64,000 nucleotides of DNA from Rhina ancylostomus (lineage: Eukaryota). The stretch covers positions 11,017,692-11,081,691 of the forward strand of contig JARFYF010000065.1 of assembly GCA_030265395.1 (NCBI GenBank), in the 5' to 3' direction. Of the stretch, positions 22,891 to 34,591 are shown one piece after another (the stretch's first letter is position 1; each line of letters starts with the position of its first letter). Below the pieces are notes generated by a model that had not been told where the DNA came from, searched no databases, and saw nothing but the letters and a program-made list of their open reading frames with translations. Position numbers and translations under genes: made by a program.

Positions 22891-25075
22891 CCATTTACTT
22901 TAGATTTTGAGACTGAATACAACAATGGGGTCAATATTCACCATGATCATATATCAATCAGGGAGTGGCTGGGTGGGGTGGGAATTGTGAACGAAATGTT
23001 CACTTGGTGACACTGTCAGGAAAGGGATTTTTAATTTCAGTTGTTGAGTTGCCAACTGCTTCTTAGTATGCTCTGCAGTTAGTTGCACTAGGCATGTGAC
23101 AAACTCCTTGGGCCATTGAGAACAGGTTAATTCATGTGGGCTAGTGGAAGGAGGTGTTAGTGATGATACAGAATGGTTAATTGCAATCTGCAGGCACAGC
23201 AATTGTTCGTATTTGCAAAAACCTTTTTTTCCCCTCAAATTCATTCCCGATGATGCCTCCAAGGATCAACCATTCTGGTTGTTCTTCACTTTGATCACTG
23301 GAGACTTCCCAGAACTTTGCAGCCACTATAATGGAATTAAAATAGCACTGGGGGGCCCTAAGACATTCCAGTTTACAGAGAATAATATATTTGCTGCCTG
23401 TGACCGGCACAGGAATATTATCTAAATCAGTGCTCTTTATAAGAGCAATGGTCAGGATGTTTTCTTTTTATTTTTGTCCAATCCTCCTGCCCAATTCTTG
23501 AAGTGAAAAATGGTGCAAATGAAGAGATTGAAATCAGGCCTTAATGAAAAATATGCCATTGGTGTGGTGCCTCTTTCAAGTGGCAATTGAAGCCAATTCA
23601 TTTGTTAATGTTAAATCTGGATCACAGATGTTAACCAATGTAATTGGGGATGTGAGGTGGGGGATAGGTCACAGATCCCCCATGTTGTGGTTGGGTAATC
23701 ATTCAACAGACTGAATGGTTTGTTCTATTTATATTTTCCCACCTGAGCAAACTTAACTCTGTTCGGTAGAATGAAGGAGATGACATTCACGGATTTCCCA
23801 CCCTAATTGAGACTGGGCAGAGGGTGTAGTGATGGTTGTGCTTGAACCCACTCCCCCACCCCCTGCTCTGTCCATAGCGCTACTCACAGGAGCTCCAGTA
23901 TCTCTGCCTTGTTGACGTCACTGGTTTTACAGTAGTTCTGATCCAATCAGATTCTCCATTAGTTTTAACTACTATTCAACAGAGAACTTGCTGACATTCT
24001 TGCTGTTCCTTCACGATAATGGAAAATATTTATAGACTAAGGACTGCACCCTTCATCTCAATCAAGATGAAACACTCAGATATCAGTCTGTTATTAACAT
24101 AGAAATCGAATTTTGTTTCTCCTCTTCAGACATGGCAAGGGTTTTCCCTTAAATCAAAACTATTCTTCAGACAGTTAATGATCACAATGCATGCTTACTC
24201 GTGCTGAGTTTTCAATACAGAATCATTCCAGGAACATGCAATTGTTCAGCCTCTGTGTGGGTGCAAGACCCTTGCCATGCACGCTATTGGAAGGGCACGT
24301 TCAGTTGTTATCAGTATAGGGCTTTAAAACATTTTACAACAGATCCCCCAATAGTTCAGTGGAAAAGAATTTTGGCTGGCATGGTGACTGTGGCCAAGAT
24401 GGAATCGGGTGCCAACATTTGGTCCATGCTGTGCTATCTCAATCAGCAAGACCAGGGCCACAATCACAGCCTGAGGCACACATCCAGGGGGTAGATATAG
24501 TCTTGTCTGCCTTCCTTTCAAATCTTGAGGCAGAAATGGTGATGGAGCCTGAGGCTTCATTGGAGGAGCATCACTGGAGGAGTGCTTGGCAGATCAACTG
24601 AGGTGAGATATACCTGGGCAATCACTGGCCCCCACAAAGATGTCAGACACATTGGACAAAAATTAGAGATGATCAAGAGGGGATCAATTGACTCTTTTGC
24701 TAAGCAGATTTCCTGTCACAGATAGAGTTTAAAATAATTATATGCACCATTTATATTTAAACATAACTTTGGGAAATAGAGCTCTTTAAAGATAATTAAA
24801 GGGCCATTCTCTTCATGAAGAAAATATTTAGTAGTCTTTTTGTTCTTGGGGGAAGAATTATAATTGTTGCATAACTTTAGTTATAATCATATCAACTGTT
24901 AGATGTTTGCAGACAATTATTTGGGAAAAACAAGTGATTATTTTCCCCCTCCCACCAGACATTTGTCCCTTCAACAAATGAACATGCCCAGTAAATGCCA
25001 CAATTGACAAAATGAAGCCTTGAGACAGACAAGAGTAATCGAAACACAAAAGAGAGACTGAGACAGGGTACATAC

Positions 25076-25111
25076 ACTGAGGTTATTCCCACGGTTCCGC
25101 ACTTTTCTCCT
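25076..25111 (-). CDS. CACNA1A: CACNA1A exon 44 (36-nt cassette exon)
   Basis: ttagcag|AGG AGA AAA GTG CGG AAC CGT GGG AAT AAC CTC AGT|gtatgt = RRKVRNRGNNLS (human recalled as RRRGRPRGNNLS). Phase 0/0. Confidence 0.92.
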
Positions 25112-28100
25112 CTGCTAACAGCCACACAAGAGAGTGCATATTGAGAAGGGGAGGAAGTAAAAACACAAGACAGGAGAGAAGGCAGCGACAGGACAGACGT
25201 GACAGAAAATGGTCGCAGGAGGACCCCCACATCGAAAAGGCACCAACGAGGATGTCCAGGGTGTGGAAAGAAGGGCACAGATAAGGACACAGTTGGTTTT
25301 ATTATTAAGTAAACAAAACAACCAAAAACAGGTGGAAGGAAAAAGCAAACATCCAACAGTTATACAATAAGCAGATAGAAAGAGCACAATAGAACACACC
25401 AGACGGTTTCATAGTTGTCAAAGAAAGTGGATTGACCAGACCAACAGAATTTCTTTAAGATGGAAGAGTGGCTTTTTTGGGGAGGGTGCAATTCCAGGAT
25501 TTAGATCTATGGGATCATTTAAGTCCACCTGAGGGAGCAGATAGGGGAGGTGGAGGGAGCTAGAGAAAATCAATATTATTTGAGTTCCAGTCCCACATTT
25601 TTTACATCACTTCACCAGGCTGATCAAACAGTCTAGCACACATTTTCCCCCTCAATCCTTTCCTGCCCCCCACTAAAAATTTCTTTAGTTTTCTTTTGTC
25701 ACTCTGACTAGACGTTNNNNNNNNNNNNNNNNNNNNNNNNNNNNNNNNNNNNNNNNNNNNNNNNNNNNNNNNNNNNNNNNNNNNNNNNNNNNNNNNNNNN
25801 NNNNNNNNNNNNNNNNNNNNNNNNNNNNNNNNNNNNNNNNNNNNNNNNNNNNNNNNNNNNNNNNNNNNNNNNNNNNNNNNNNNNNNNNNNNNNNNNNNNN
25901 NNNNNNNNNNNNNNNNNNNNNNNNNNNNNNNNNNNNNNNNNNNNNNNNNNNNNNNNNNNNNNNNNNNNNNNNNNNNNNNNNNNNNNNNNNNNNNNNNNNN
26001 NNNNNNNNNNNNNNNNNNNNNNNNNNNNNNNNNNNNNNNNNNNNNNNNNNNNNNNNNNNNNNNNNNNNNNNNNNNNNNNNNNNNNNNNNNNNNNNNNNNN
26101 NNNNNNNNNNNNNNNNNNNNNNNNNNNNNNNNNNNNNNNNNNNNNNNNNNNNNNNNNNNNNNNNNNNNNNNNNNNNNNNNNNNNNNNNAGTAGGCAGTCT
26201 GTTCCACTTGGGCAGTTGGAGCTATACTCACAGAGGTTCAGGGCAGGATCAGTTTTTAGAGGTGATATTAGAAAATAGTGTGAGAACGAGAAATTGAAAA
26301 CATGTCAGTCTGTGAGAGAAAAAGAAAAGGCTTTTGGTTGAATGTCCATTTTGGACTTTTCCTGATGCCAGTCTTCAATGGCATCATTCCATTTTCAGTG
26401 GACTAGGCTTGGGTTAAATTCAAGGTTTTAGATAACATTACATAATGTACAGAACAGATTGGAGGCAGGGCAGCAAACTCTCAGTGTAAAAACATTTCCC
26501 TTTTTCACCTGGAGACTGCAGATGCTGGAAATCTGGAGCAACACATAAGTGCTGGAGGAACTTAGCTGATCAGGCAGCATCTATGGAGGGAAAAAGACGG
26601 TTGGCATTTCGGGTTGAGCATCTTGATATAGGGTCTCGACCCGAAATGTAGACTGTCCATTTCCCTTCATAGAAGCTGCCTGACCCACTGAGTTCCTCCG
26701 GCATTTTGTGTGTTGCTCTCTTTCACATCCTTCTTTTGGAATTTCAGTCAGAGACAAATTATGTACCAGATAAGTGTGGATTATGAGCACAGTCATTGCC
26801 TGTAACTATTATAGAGAAGACTTGTATTGAATTCATGGGTTGATTCATTATATTGGACAAGATGTTAAACTAAAGCCCTGCTTAGTGAGTACTGGCAATC
26901 TCATGGTGCTATTTCAAAAAAGAGTAAGAGAATTCAATATTGATCCTTCAGTGGACATCATCAAGCAACTAACTTGGTATTCATGTAGCTGCTTGTGGGA
27001 TCTTGCAGTGCAAAACTTGCCATATTACTTACATTACAGCAGTTTATACACTTCAAAAATACTTCATTGGCTATAAAGCTTTCTTTCTTAACAGGCTTCA
27101 GAGAAAAAGGCATTTCTGAACAGGCATCCCTGAACAATATGATAACCCTGAATGATAATTCTTCTCTACTCATGAGTTGTTGGGGGTAACTGTAGTAGTT
27201 CCCCATTTGCTTAAGAGCAAAACTAGAACAGTGGTTAATTTGTGCATTCCCGTTCTTAGTGACAGGGTAGATGTTTTTTGTCCAAGTCAAAATTCCAATG
27301 TCGTCTGTCAATGTCTCGGTGTGTAGACATTGCAGAAGATCTGCTCTGCAAATATTTCCTTCCAAATGAAGTAATGTTTTATCTGACAGATTAAGACCAC
27401 TGTCATTTTCCCACTGTGTGTGGGAAATCCATTGTAAAAGGAAGGTTCTTCCTGCGAGTTGTGGAGGTCATGGGTTTGGGAGGGATATTGAAGAAGGAAG
27501 TTATCTCTAACATTCTCCAGCTCCACCAGCTATCAAACAGCCTTTCCCCACACAAATGCCCAACACTTTATCCCACAGCTGGTGGTTGTGATTAAGCTGC
27601 CTAATCTATGGACACTGGCTCTCTCTCTCTGGCTCTCTCTCCCCAACTCTCCTCTGTAAAGCCAACCCTCTTCACCAACATCTTGCTCACCTCCCAGATA
27701 TCGTTATTCTTTCTTGTATCAGTCTGCACTGCAGGGAGCTTGGATGGGAATATTCTACAACAACACAAATTAAACTAACATTCTCTTTATTAATGAAGGT
27801 AATTGATTTGATAAGAACATGGGGAGGTAATAAAGCTTATCCAGCCAATCCTAGATTTAATATGAACAATTGATCCCGGCAGCAATTGCATCGTGGAAGA
27901 GAGTTCCAAATTTCTCCCGTACACTGAGACATTGACAGAGGACTTCGGAGTTTTGTGTGGAGAAGCCTCTCCGAACTTCATTCCTGACATTAGACTCTGC
28001 GTCTAGTCCCGAATTCTCAAACCTATGGTAATAACTTAACCTAGCCTATGATTTTCTCACATTATCTCGAAAACTTCAATCAAGGAATTACTAAATTTCA

Positions 28101-28837
28101 GGGAATAGAATCCTACTTTGTGGAATCCCTCCTTTACAATGGATACCATCAGACTCCCAAAGGTTAAGGACTCCTACTGTTGTGTTTGGCTGACCTTACA
28201 CAATGATTTATCAACTAATACTGCCAATGTATTCTTGAACAAGAGGTGAGAAAGTCTGCATTGATACAGTGCCACTTCTAACACTGTGGGTTCAACATTA
28301 TTAATACAAACACCCAGCCTTAAAATATTTACCCATGATCATTTGAATTAGCCAATTTGGATCTGTGCCCAGCAAGAAATTCGTTTGGACTGGCCTCATA
28401 CATTTACTGAATGAACATAAGAATCACACAATTAAAAACCTCAAGTACTAATGAATGAAAAAATAATCTGCACCAGTCTTTCAAAGAGGCTACATTCTAC
28501 CATTCACTGAGGCAATAATCCCACAACAGATTGCCTCAGCAATATACATTTTGGTTATGTGTGCTTAAAGTTTTAAATGCAATAATTATTTTGTAATATT
28601 TTGCAGGCATACTACTTAAAGTAGTAGGAAGTTGACTGAGGTGTGATGAGCTTTTGACCAGGTGTATCCATGTATGTAATGGGTTGATGATTATTCATAT
28701 TGATAAAGGTATTTGCACCTTTGGAAGCTCTGTGTATGAGGTTATTAAGATACATCCTATGTCTGATTTTTAAAAGAAAATATTTTATATCATCAGACTT
28801 CTGCTTGCTCCCAAATGATTGACATGTTACTTTTTCT

Positions 28838-29320
28838 CAATTCTGGTCACCTCTCTATTGGAAAGATGTCATTAACCTTGAAAGGGTGCAGAAAGGATTC
28901 ATAAGGATGTTACTGGGACTGGAGGACTTGAGTTATAAGGAGAGGCTAGATAGGCTGGGGCTTTTCTCCTTGGAGCATAAGAGGCTGAGGGCTAACATAT
29001 AAGGTTAGCCCTTATATAAGTCATATAAAATCATGAGGGGCATACAGAAAGTGGATAGTCACAGTCTTTTCTGCAGGGTAGGGACGCCTGAAACTGAAAG
29101 ACACAGATTTAAGCTGAGAGGGGAAAGTTTTAAAAGGGAGCTGAGGGCAACATTTTCACACAGAGGGTGTTGAGTATATGGAATGAGCTGCCAGTGGAAG
29201 TTGTAGAGGCTGGTACAATTTCAACATTTACATAGAACATAGAGCAGTACAGCACAGAACAGGCCCTTCAGCCCACAATGTTGTGCTGACATAGCTAATC
29301 CCTCCTACCTACAGAATGCC
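28838..29320 (+). mobile_element. CR1 LINE 3' fragment
   Basis: ggaaagatgtcattaaccttgaaagggtgcagaaagga...gagctgccagtggaagttgtagaggc, typical of the CR1 ORF2 end. Confidence 0.8.
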
Positions 29321-30029
29321 CNNNNNNNNNNNNNNNNNNNNNNNNNNNNNNNNNNNNNNNNNNNNNNNNNNNNNNNNNNNNNNNNNNNNNNNNNNNNNNN
29401 NNNNNNNNNNNNNNNNNNNNNGGCTGGCACCCAGAGCCTCCATGACTGTTGTCTACTGTGTATGGTTGAAGGCTTCATACAAGACTTTGCCAACTTCTCA
29501 CTAAAGGTTCACACATCTTTACCTAAATTTGCATTCAATTCTCAACAAATCTGCACATAATTGGTGGTCCTCCTAAACAACTCAGGTGTGGAAGCCTTAG
29601 TGTTAGATACCAAGGTTTCTGTGCATGCTTTACACATGATGCATGAGCTCAGCCGAGTTTGGCAGGGCTAGCATTTGAGTTGAATGAGGAATGGTGTCAC
29701 AATCCAGCCACTCTGCATAATCCAGTCGCACATGTTGCCATGTAAACCCTAGGCCAAACATCACGAGCCCCACTAAAAATGTACATTTGGAGCTTGCAAA
29801 CATACCAGCAATGACACTACTGAAGAAAGCAGCACAATGGAACCCAATTTGTCAGCTGTGGTTTCTGAATCTTTTATCCAGAATGATGAGGATCCTCCAT
29901 AAGGGGCATTTACAGAAAATGTGGTGAAATGAAGTCACTAAATAACAAAAGGACAGCATAATTTCTATTCAGTGTAGTTGTGTGCTTATAAAATGCTGAA
30001 ATAATGTGAACTATGTACACCATGATTTG

Positions 30030-30720
30030 ATAGGCCACTCTCTCACCCGAGTCAGAAAACTGTGGATTCAAGTCCTACTCCCCAGATTTGACTACAGTGC
30101 TACTGCCTCACAGCTCCAGTGGCCAGAGTTCGATCCTGACCTCTGGTGCTGTCTGTGTGGAGTTTGCACGTCCTCCCCGTGACTATGTGGGTTTCCCTTG
30201 GTTCTCTAATTTCCTCCCACATCCAAAAGATACACTGGTTGGTAGGTTAATGGGTTACTGTAAATTATCCCTACTGTAGGCGGGTGGTAGCAGAATCAGG
30301 GTGAAGATGATGGGCATGTGAGAGTGAATAGGTGAATAGGAAGTGGGGGAATGGGAGTAAAAGCCAGCATTGACTCTATGGGGTGAATGGCCTCCTGTGA
30401 AATAGGGAAATGTGAAATACGGGAAAAGCCAGGCTGCCAGTCCATTGGAGTGCTGAGGGAGGGCCACTCTGTCAGAGACTTGGGTCATTTGTTAAATCTC
30501 TCTGCTTTGGAAATAAATTATCCCATGGAACCATCCTAAAGAGGAGCAGGTGGGATTATCCTGGTTACCTGGTCTATATAATCTGCCAGATAACGTTATG
30601 AAAACAACTTATCTGGTCATTATAACATGGCTGTTTGTGGGATCTTGATGGGCTCAAATTGGCAGTTGCATTTCCTACAGTTCAAACAGTACACCAGTGG
30701 TTGTAAATCACTTTGCTACA
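30030..30720 (+). mobile_element. Deu-domain SINE (SacSINE-like) interrupted by a V-SINE (HE1-like) at about 30090-30420
   Basis: tRNA-like head with ggattcaagtcc, then the V-domain ggtgctgtctgtgtggagtttgcacgtcctccccgtg, then the outer SINE resumes and ends in the Deu domain gctgtttgtgggatcttg...catttcctaca. Confidence 0.65.
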
Positions 30721-31029
30721 TACATCCTCCTTAGTGTAAACCTGAGTTCAGCTGTGGCTAATTCAGGTGTTGGGGCCAGTATCTGCAATAGAATGTCAGG
30801 GTACTGCCTTAAATACCAGCATTTACCCTCGTAAGTTCTCGTAAGTTGAGAACTCCTAAGTCGGGAAATGGAGCAGATGTAATTGAGAGCTCTCCACCAT
30901 GTGGAGAGGAAGCCAAAGTTAAGGTAAAAGGAAGACATCTTGAAAAAACTGGTGTGGAAAGTGTTCCCATAAGATCAGAAATGACAGAACCAGACAAACC
31001 TCATTCTACCAGTTCTGCTTAATTTACAG

Positions 31030-32175
31030 AGCTCTCAACCATGTCTGTTCCTTCTCCCATATTTCTGCTCTTACTCTCTCTCCTTCTACACAGAACAAGA
31101 CTCCCCTTATCTTCACCTTCCAACCTACCAGCCTCCACAATCAATGGATCATCTTTCATGATTTTTCCCACCTACAACATGATGCTACTAATAGACACAA
31201 TTTACCCTCCTCTCCCCTTGCAGCATTCCAAATTCCCTTTGCAACTCCCTGGTCCACTCTTTCCTGTCCACCAACACTTCGCTCAGCATCTTCCTTTGCA
31301 ATCAGAGGGGATTCAACATTGCCCCTTTACTTCTTCAATTCTCTCCATCCAGAAACACAGACACTTCTTCCACAGTGAAGCAGCAATTCAATTGTACTTC
31401 TTCCAATTGTACTTCATTTGATATTCACAATGTGGTCCCAATATTAGAGGAACGCAGTGTAGGTGACAGCTTGGTGGAACACCTCCATTCATTTCATAAG
31501 GGTGATCNNNNNNNNNNNNNNNNNNNNNNNNNNNNNNNNNNNNNNNNNNNNNNNNNNNNNNNNNNNNNNNNNNNNNNNNNNNNNNNNNNNNNNNNNNNNN
31601 NNNNNNNCTGAGCTTCCAGTTACCTGTCAGTTTAATATTCCATCCCATTCCCATCTCTGTCTTAAGTGTTCCAACAAAGCCCAACATAAGCTCAGGAAAC
31701 AGCATTTCATCTTCCAGCTAAGCCCATTGAAGCCCTCACACTCATCAATTTCAGATAATGACCATTTCAGTTTGTTTCGAACTGGCCAGTTCTGATGAAA
31801 CATCAACTCAACTGTTTCCAGCAACTGAAGTATTTTGATATTTCACAGTTCCATCATTGTTTTATTTTCTCTTTCTTCTACTCTCATTCATCTTCTCCTC
31901 CAGACAGATCAACAGAAATTAACAAGCCTTCACCACCCTCCCTTGGGCAGTCCCACCACCATTTGTGCCTTTCAGTCTCTCTTGGTCATCACCCAATCAC
32001 AGACATCTCCTTTGTGCTCTCCACCCCTCTCCCCTTCTCTGCAAATTAAAACAAGTTTTATTTTTAACTTTTTCTGGTTCTGATGAAAAATCATTGACTG
32101 AATTGTTAACTGTTTCTCTCTCCTCAGATGCTGCCTGACCTACTGAAAATTACAAGCATTTTCTGTTCTTATTTC
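31030..32175 (+). mobile_element. Penelope-like retroelement 3' half (GIY-YIG endonuclease and terminal repeat with hammerhead remnant)
   Basis: KQQFNCTSSN...LEERSVGDSLVEHLHSFHKGD...LPVTCQFNIPSHSH...AQHKLRKQHFIFQLSPLKP; CTGATGA at 32080-32086. Confidence 0.8.
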
Positions 32176-32269
32176 ATAAAGTAATAATNNNNNNNNNNNN
32201 NNNNNNNNNNNNNNNNNNNNNTTTGAAGATCCTTTTGTGTCATTGTAGCCTTACCGTCACCATTTGTCA

Positions 32270-33430
32270 TAAGAATTAACAGCAAGTACAGGCCATCTAG
32301 CCTTTGAAGCCTGCTCAGCCATTCATTAAGATTATGCCTTTATCCCACTGTCCAGCACTATCCTCATATCCCTTTATACCCTTAATGTCGAGGTTGAATA
32401 AATTCAATGACTGAGCCTCCTCAGCCCTCTGGGATGGAGAATTCTGAAGGTTGAGTGAAAAGACGTTTCCTCCTCTCAGTCCTAAATCGCCTAAACCTAA
32501 TTCTTCAACTGTGATCCCTGGTTGTAGATTCCTCAGCTGGGGAAATGCTCTCCCTGTGTCCACCCTGTAAAGTCCTCTAAAAAAAATCCACCTCAAATTT
32601 CTAGATTCTATTGAATATGGGCCCAGCCCATTCAATCTCTCCTCATCTGGCAAACACACTGTCCCAGCAACAATCTAGTGAATTTTGCACATCCTCACCG
32701 GTAAGTAGATCCTTTTTTTTTAGATAAATTGAACACCATACTGACGCAGCCTCATCAAGGTACTATTTAATTATTCTCAAATCCTTTTGTGATAAAGGCC
32801 AATGTAGTATTTGCCTTTGTAATTGCTTGCCGCACCTGTATGTTAGGTCCCAAAGATGTGTAGATGCTAGGTCCATCTAAATATCAACATTTCCATTTAA
32901 AAAATACTCAGTTTTCCATTTATGCACCAAAATAGGTGACCTTATGTTCTTCCACATTATATCCCACCTGCCATGTTCTTGCCTATTTACTTAGTTTATC
33001 TTAAATTTGCATCCTCCTCACTACTCACAATCCCAAGTAGTTTAGAAATTTGAAAATATGACATTTTGTTCCATCAACCAAATCGATTGAATTAGATTGT
33101 GAACTGGTGAGGCCCAAGGGCTATGGTAGCTCGAGAGTCATAGCCTACCAATCTGAGAATTACACATTTTACTCCCACTCTTTGTGTGCTGTCTGTTAAG
33201 TAATTCCCAATTCATGCCTGTTTATTACCCTAATTCCACGTTGTCTAACCTTGTTGACCAACCTCCTATGCTGGATTGAAAGTTTTCTGAAAATCTAAGT
33301 ACACTACATACTTCATTATAAGAGTCCAGCATTTTCCTGACCACTGATGTTGGTCTAACAGGTCGTCAGTCCCCCATTTCCTCTCTCCTTTCTTTCTTGA
33401 TTGTAGGGTTACATTTACTGCCCTCCAATC
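32270..33430 (-). mobile_element. Degraded CR1 LINE (RT to 3' end)
   Basis: Fragments WRAVNVTLQSRKKG, VVYLDFQKTF and EERLNGLGPYSIESRNLR. Confidence 0.8.
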
Positions 33431-34477
33431 TGTGTAGATTTTTGGCCAGTGAAGGCCGTTCACCATAGCTGAAGTCTTTGAGAAAACTATGTCAAGTCTT
33501 AAGTATCCACTGTTGATCATCACAAAACAAATGCTTGGCAAAGCTGATTAGAAGTCTATCTGCAGTGTTGGTAACTGAGACACTTTCCCTGTTTTAGGAA
33601 TGTCTGCAAAACTAAAACAAAGTGAAAGCAGATGGAAAAGACAAACAATTCCCTTTTTTAATTTAACGACCATCCCACTTTAACTCTTTCAGTGTTGCAT
33701 TTGCCAAGGATAACAACATATTTATTTAAAAATATTCTTATTCCTGGTTGGATGGCAGCATTTGAAATCTCATGATTTCATTGCATGAATCAGAGTTCGG
33801 GTCTCATTGAACTGTGCTAAAATGTTGGTTCCCTGCTTGGCTCTACCAGTCAAATATTCAGCAGAATTTGCCAAAAATAAATAAAATTCCCATATGGATT
33901 TAGCTAATGGTCTCCCTATAAATCAGTAGCACCCAGCAGAAATTGTATTCTGCTTCTGAAGTTCAGTTCCACTGAAATCAAAGTATGACATTTCAGAAGT
34001 GAAAAACAATCTGCTGGAGGAACTCAGCAGGTCAAACAGCACTTGTGGAGACAGAGGAATGGTTGATGTTTTGGGTCGAGACCTGAGGCAGGGTCTTGAC
34101 CTGCAATATCGATTATCCCTTTGCCTCCCCCGATGCTGCTTGATCTGCTGAGTTCCTCCAGCAGGTTGATTTTTGTTCTAGGTTCCATCATCTGCTCTCT
34201 CTTGTGTCTCCAAATTTCAGAAGTGGGCAGCAACTTGGAAGCCGCTGCTATAATGCTTGCTCAATCCTAATCACTGGGGACAAATTTCTTCCCATTTATT
34301 AGTTACTAGCTTTTTTAGGTATAAACTGAAAGAACAATTTGTTTGGGCTTATTTGGAACCTAATGATTTCTCCTGTAATGCATTTGGGTGTGAACTCATT
34401 GGCACAGGTCTCAATGAAAGAGTTATGTCAATGGCACGCGATAGAGGACGCAGCAGAGTAAGTCTCACTGAGCTCAC

Positions 34478-34591
34478 TTGGTTCCCTGCTGGTAGTCGTG
34501 GCATGGAGGATGCTCGACTTTGGCCATCCATCGGGAGATAATGGTCGCTGTCCGAGTAGGCGTCCCTCCCCATTTCTTGCATCTCCACAGC
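34478..34591 (-). CDS. CACNA1A: CACNA1A exon 43
   Basis: ttgcag|GCT GTG GAG ATG...AAC CAA|gtgagc; 114 nt; [38 protein letters not shown]. Confidence 0.96.

Noticed and set aside
24892-25399. Hydrophobic minus-strand ORFs (154 and 94 aa)
   Set aside because: By-product of the pyrimidine-rich AG-free zone around exon 44.
25602-26231. 209-aa ORF and other X-rich ORFs
   Set aside because: Artefacts of N gaps.
30827-30938. Possible cryptic minus-strand exon (ttttttcaag|ATG...GAGG|gtaaat)
   Set aside because: It is 112 nt, shifts the frame, and does not resemble Cav2 sequence; splice-like motifs alone are insufficient.
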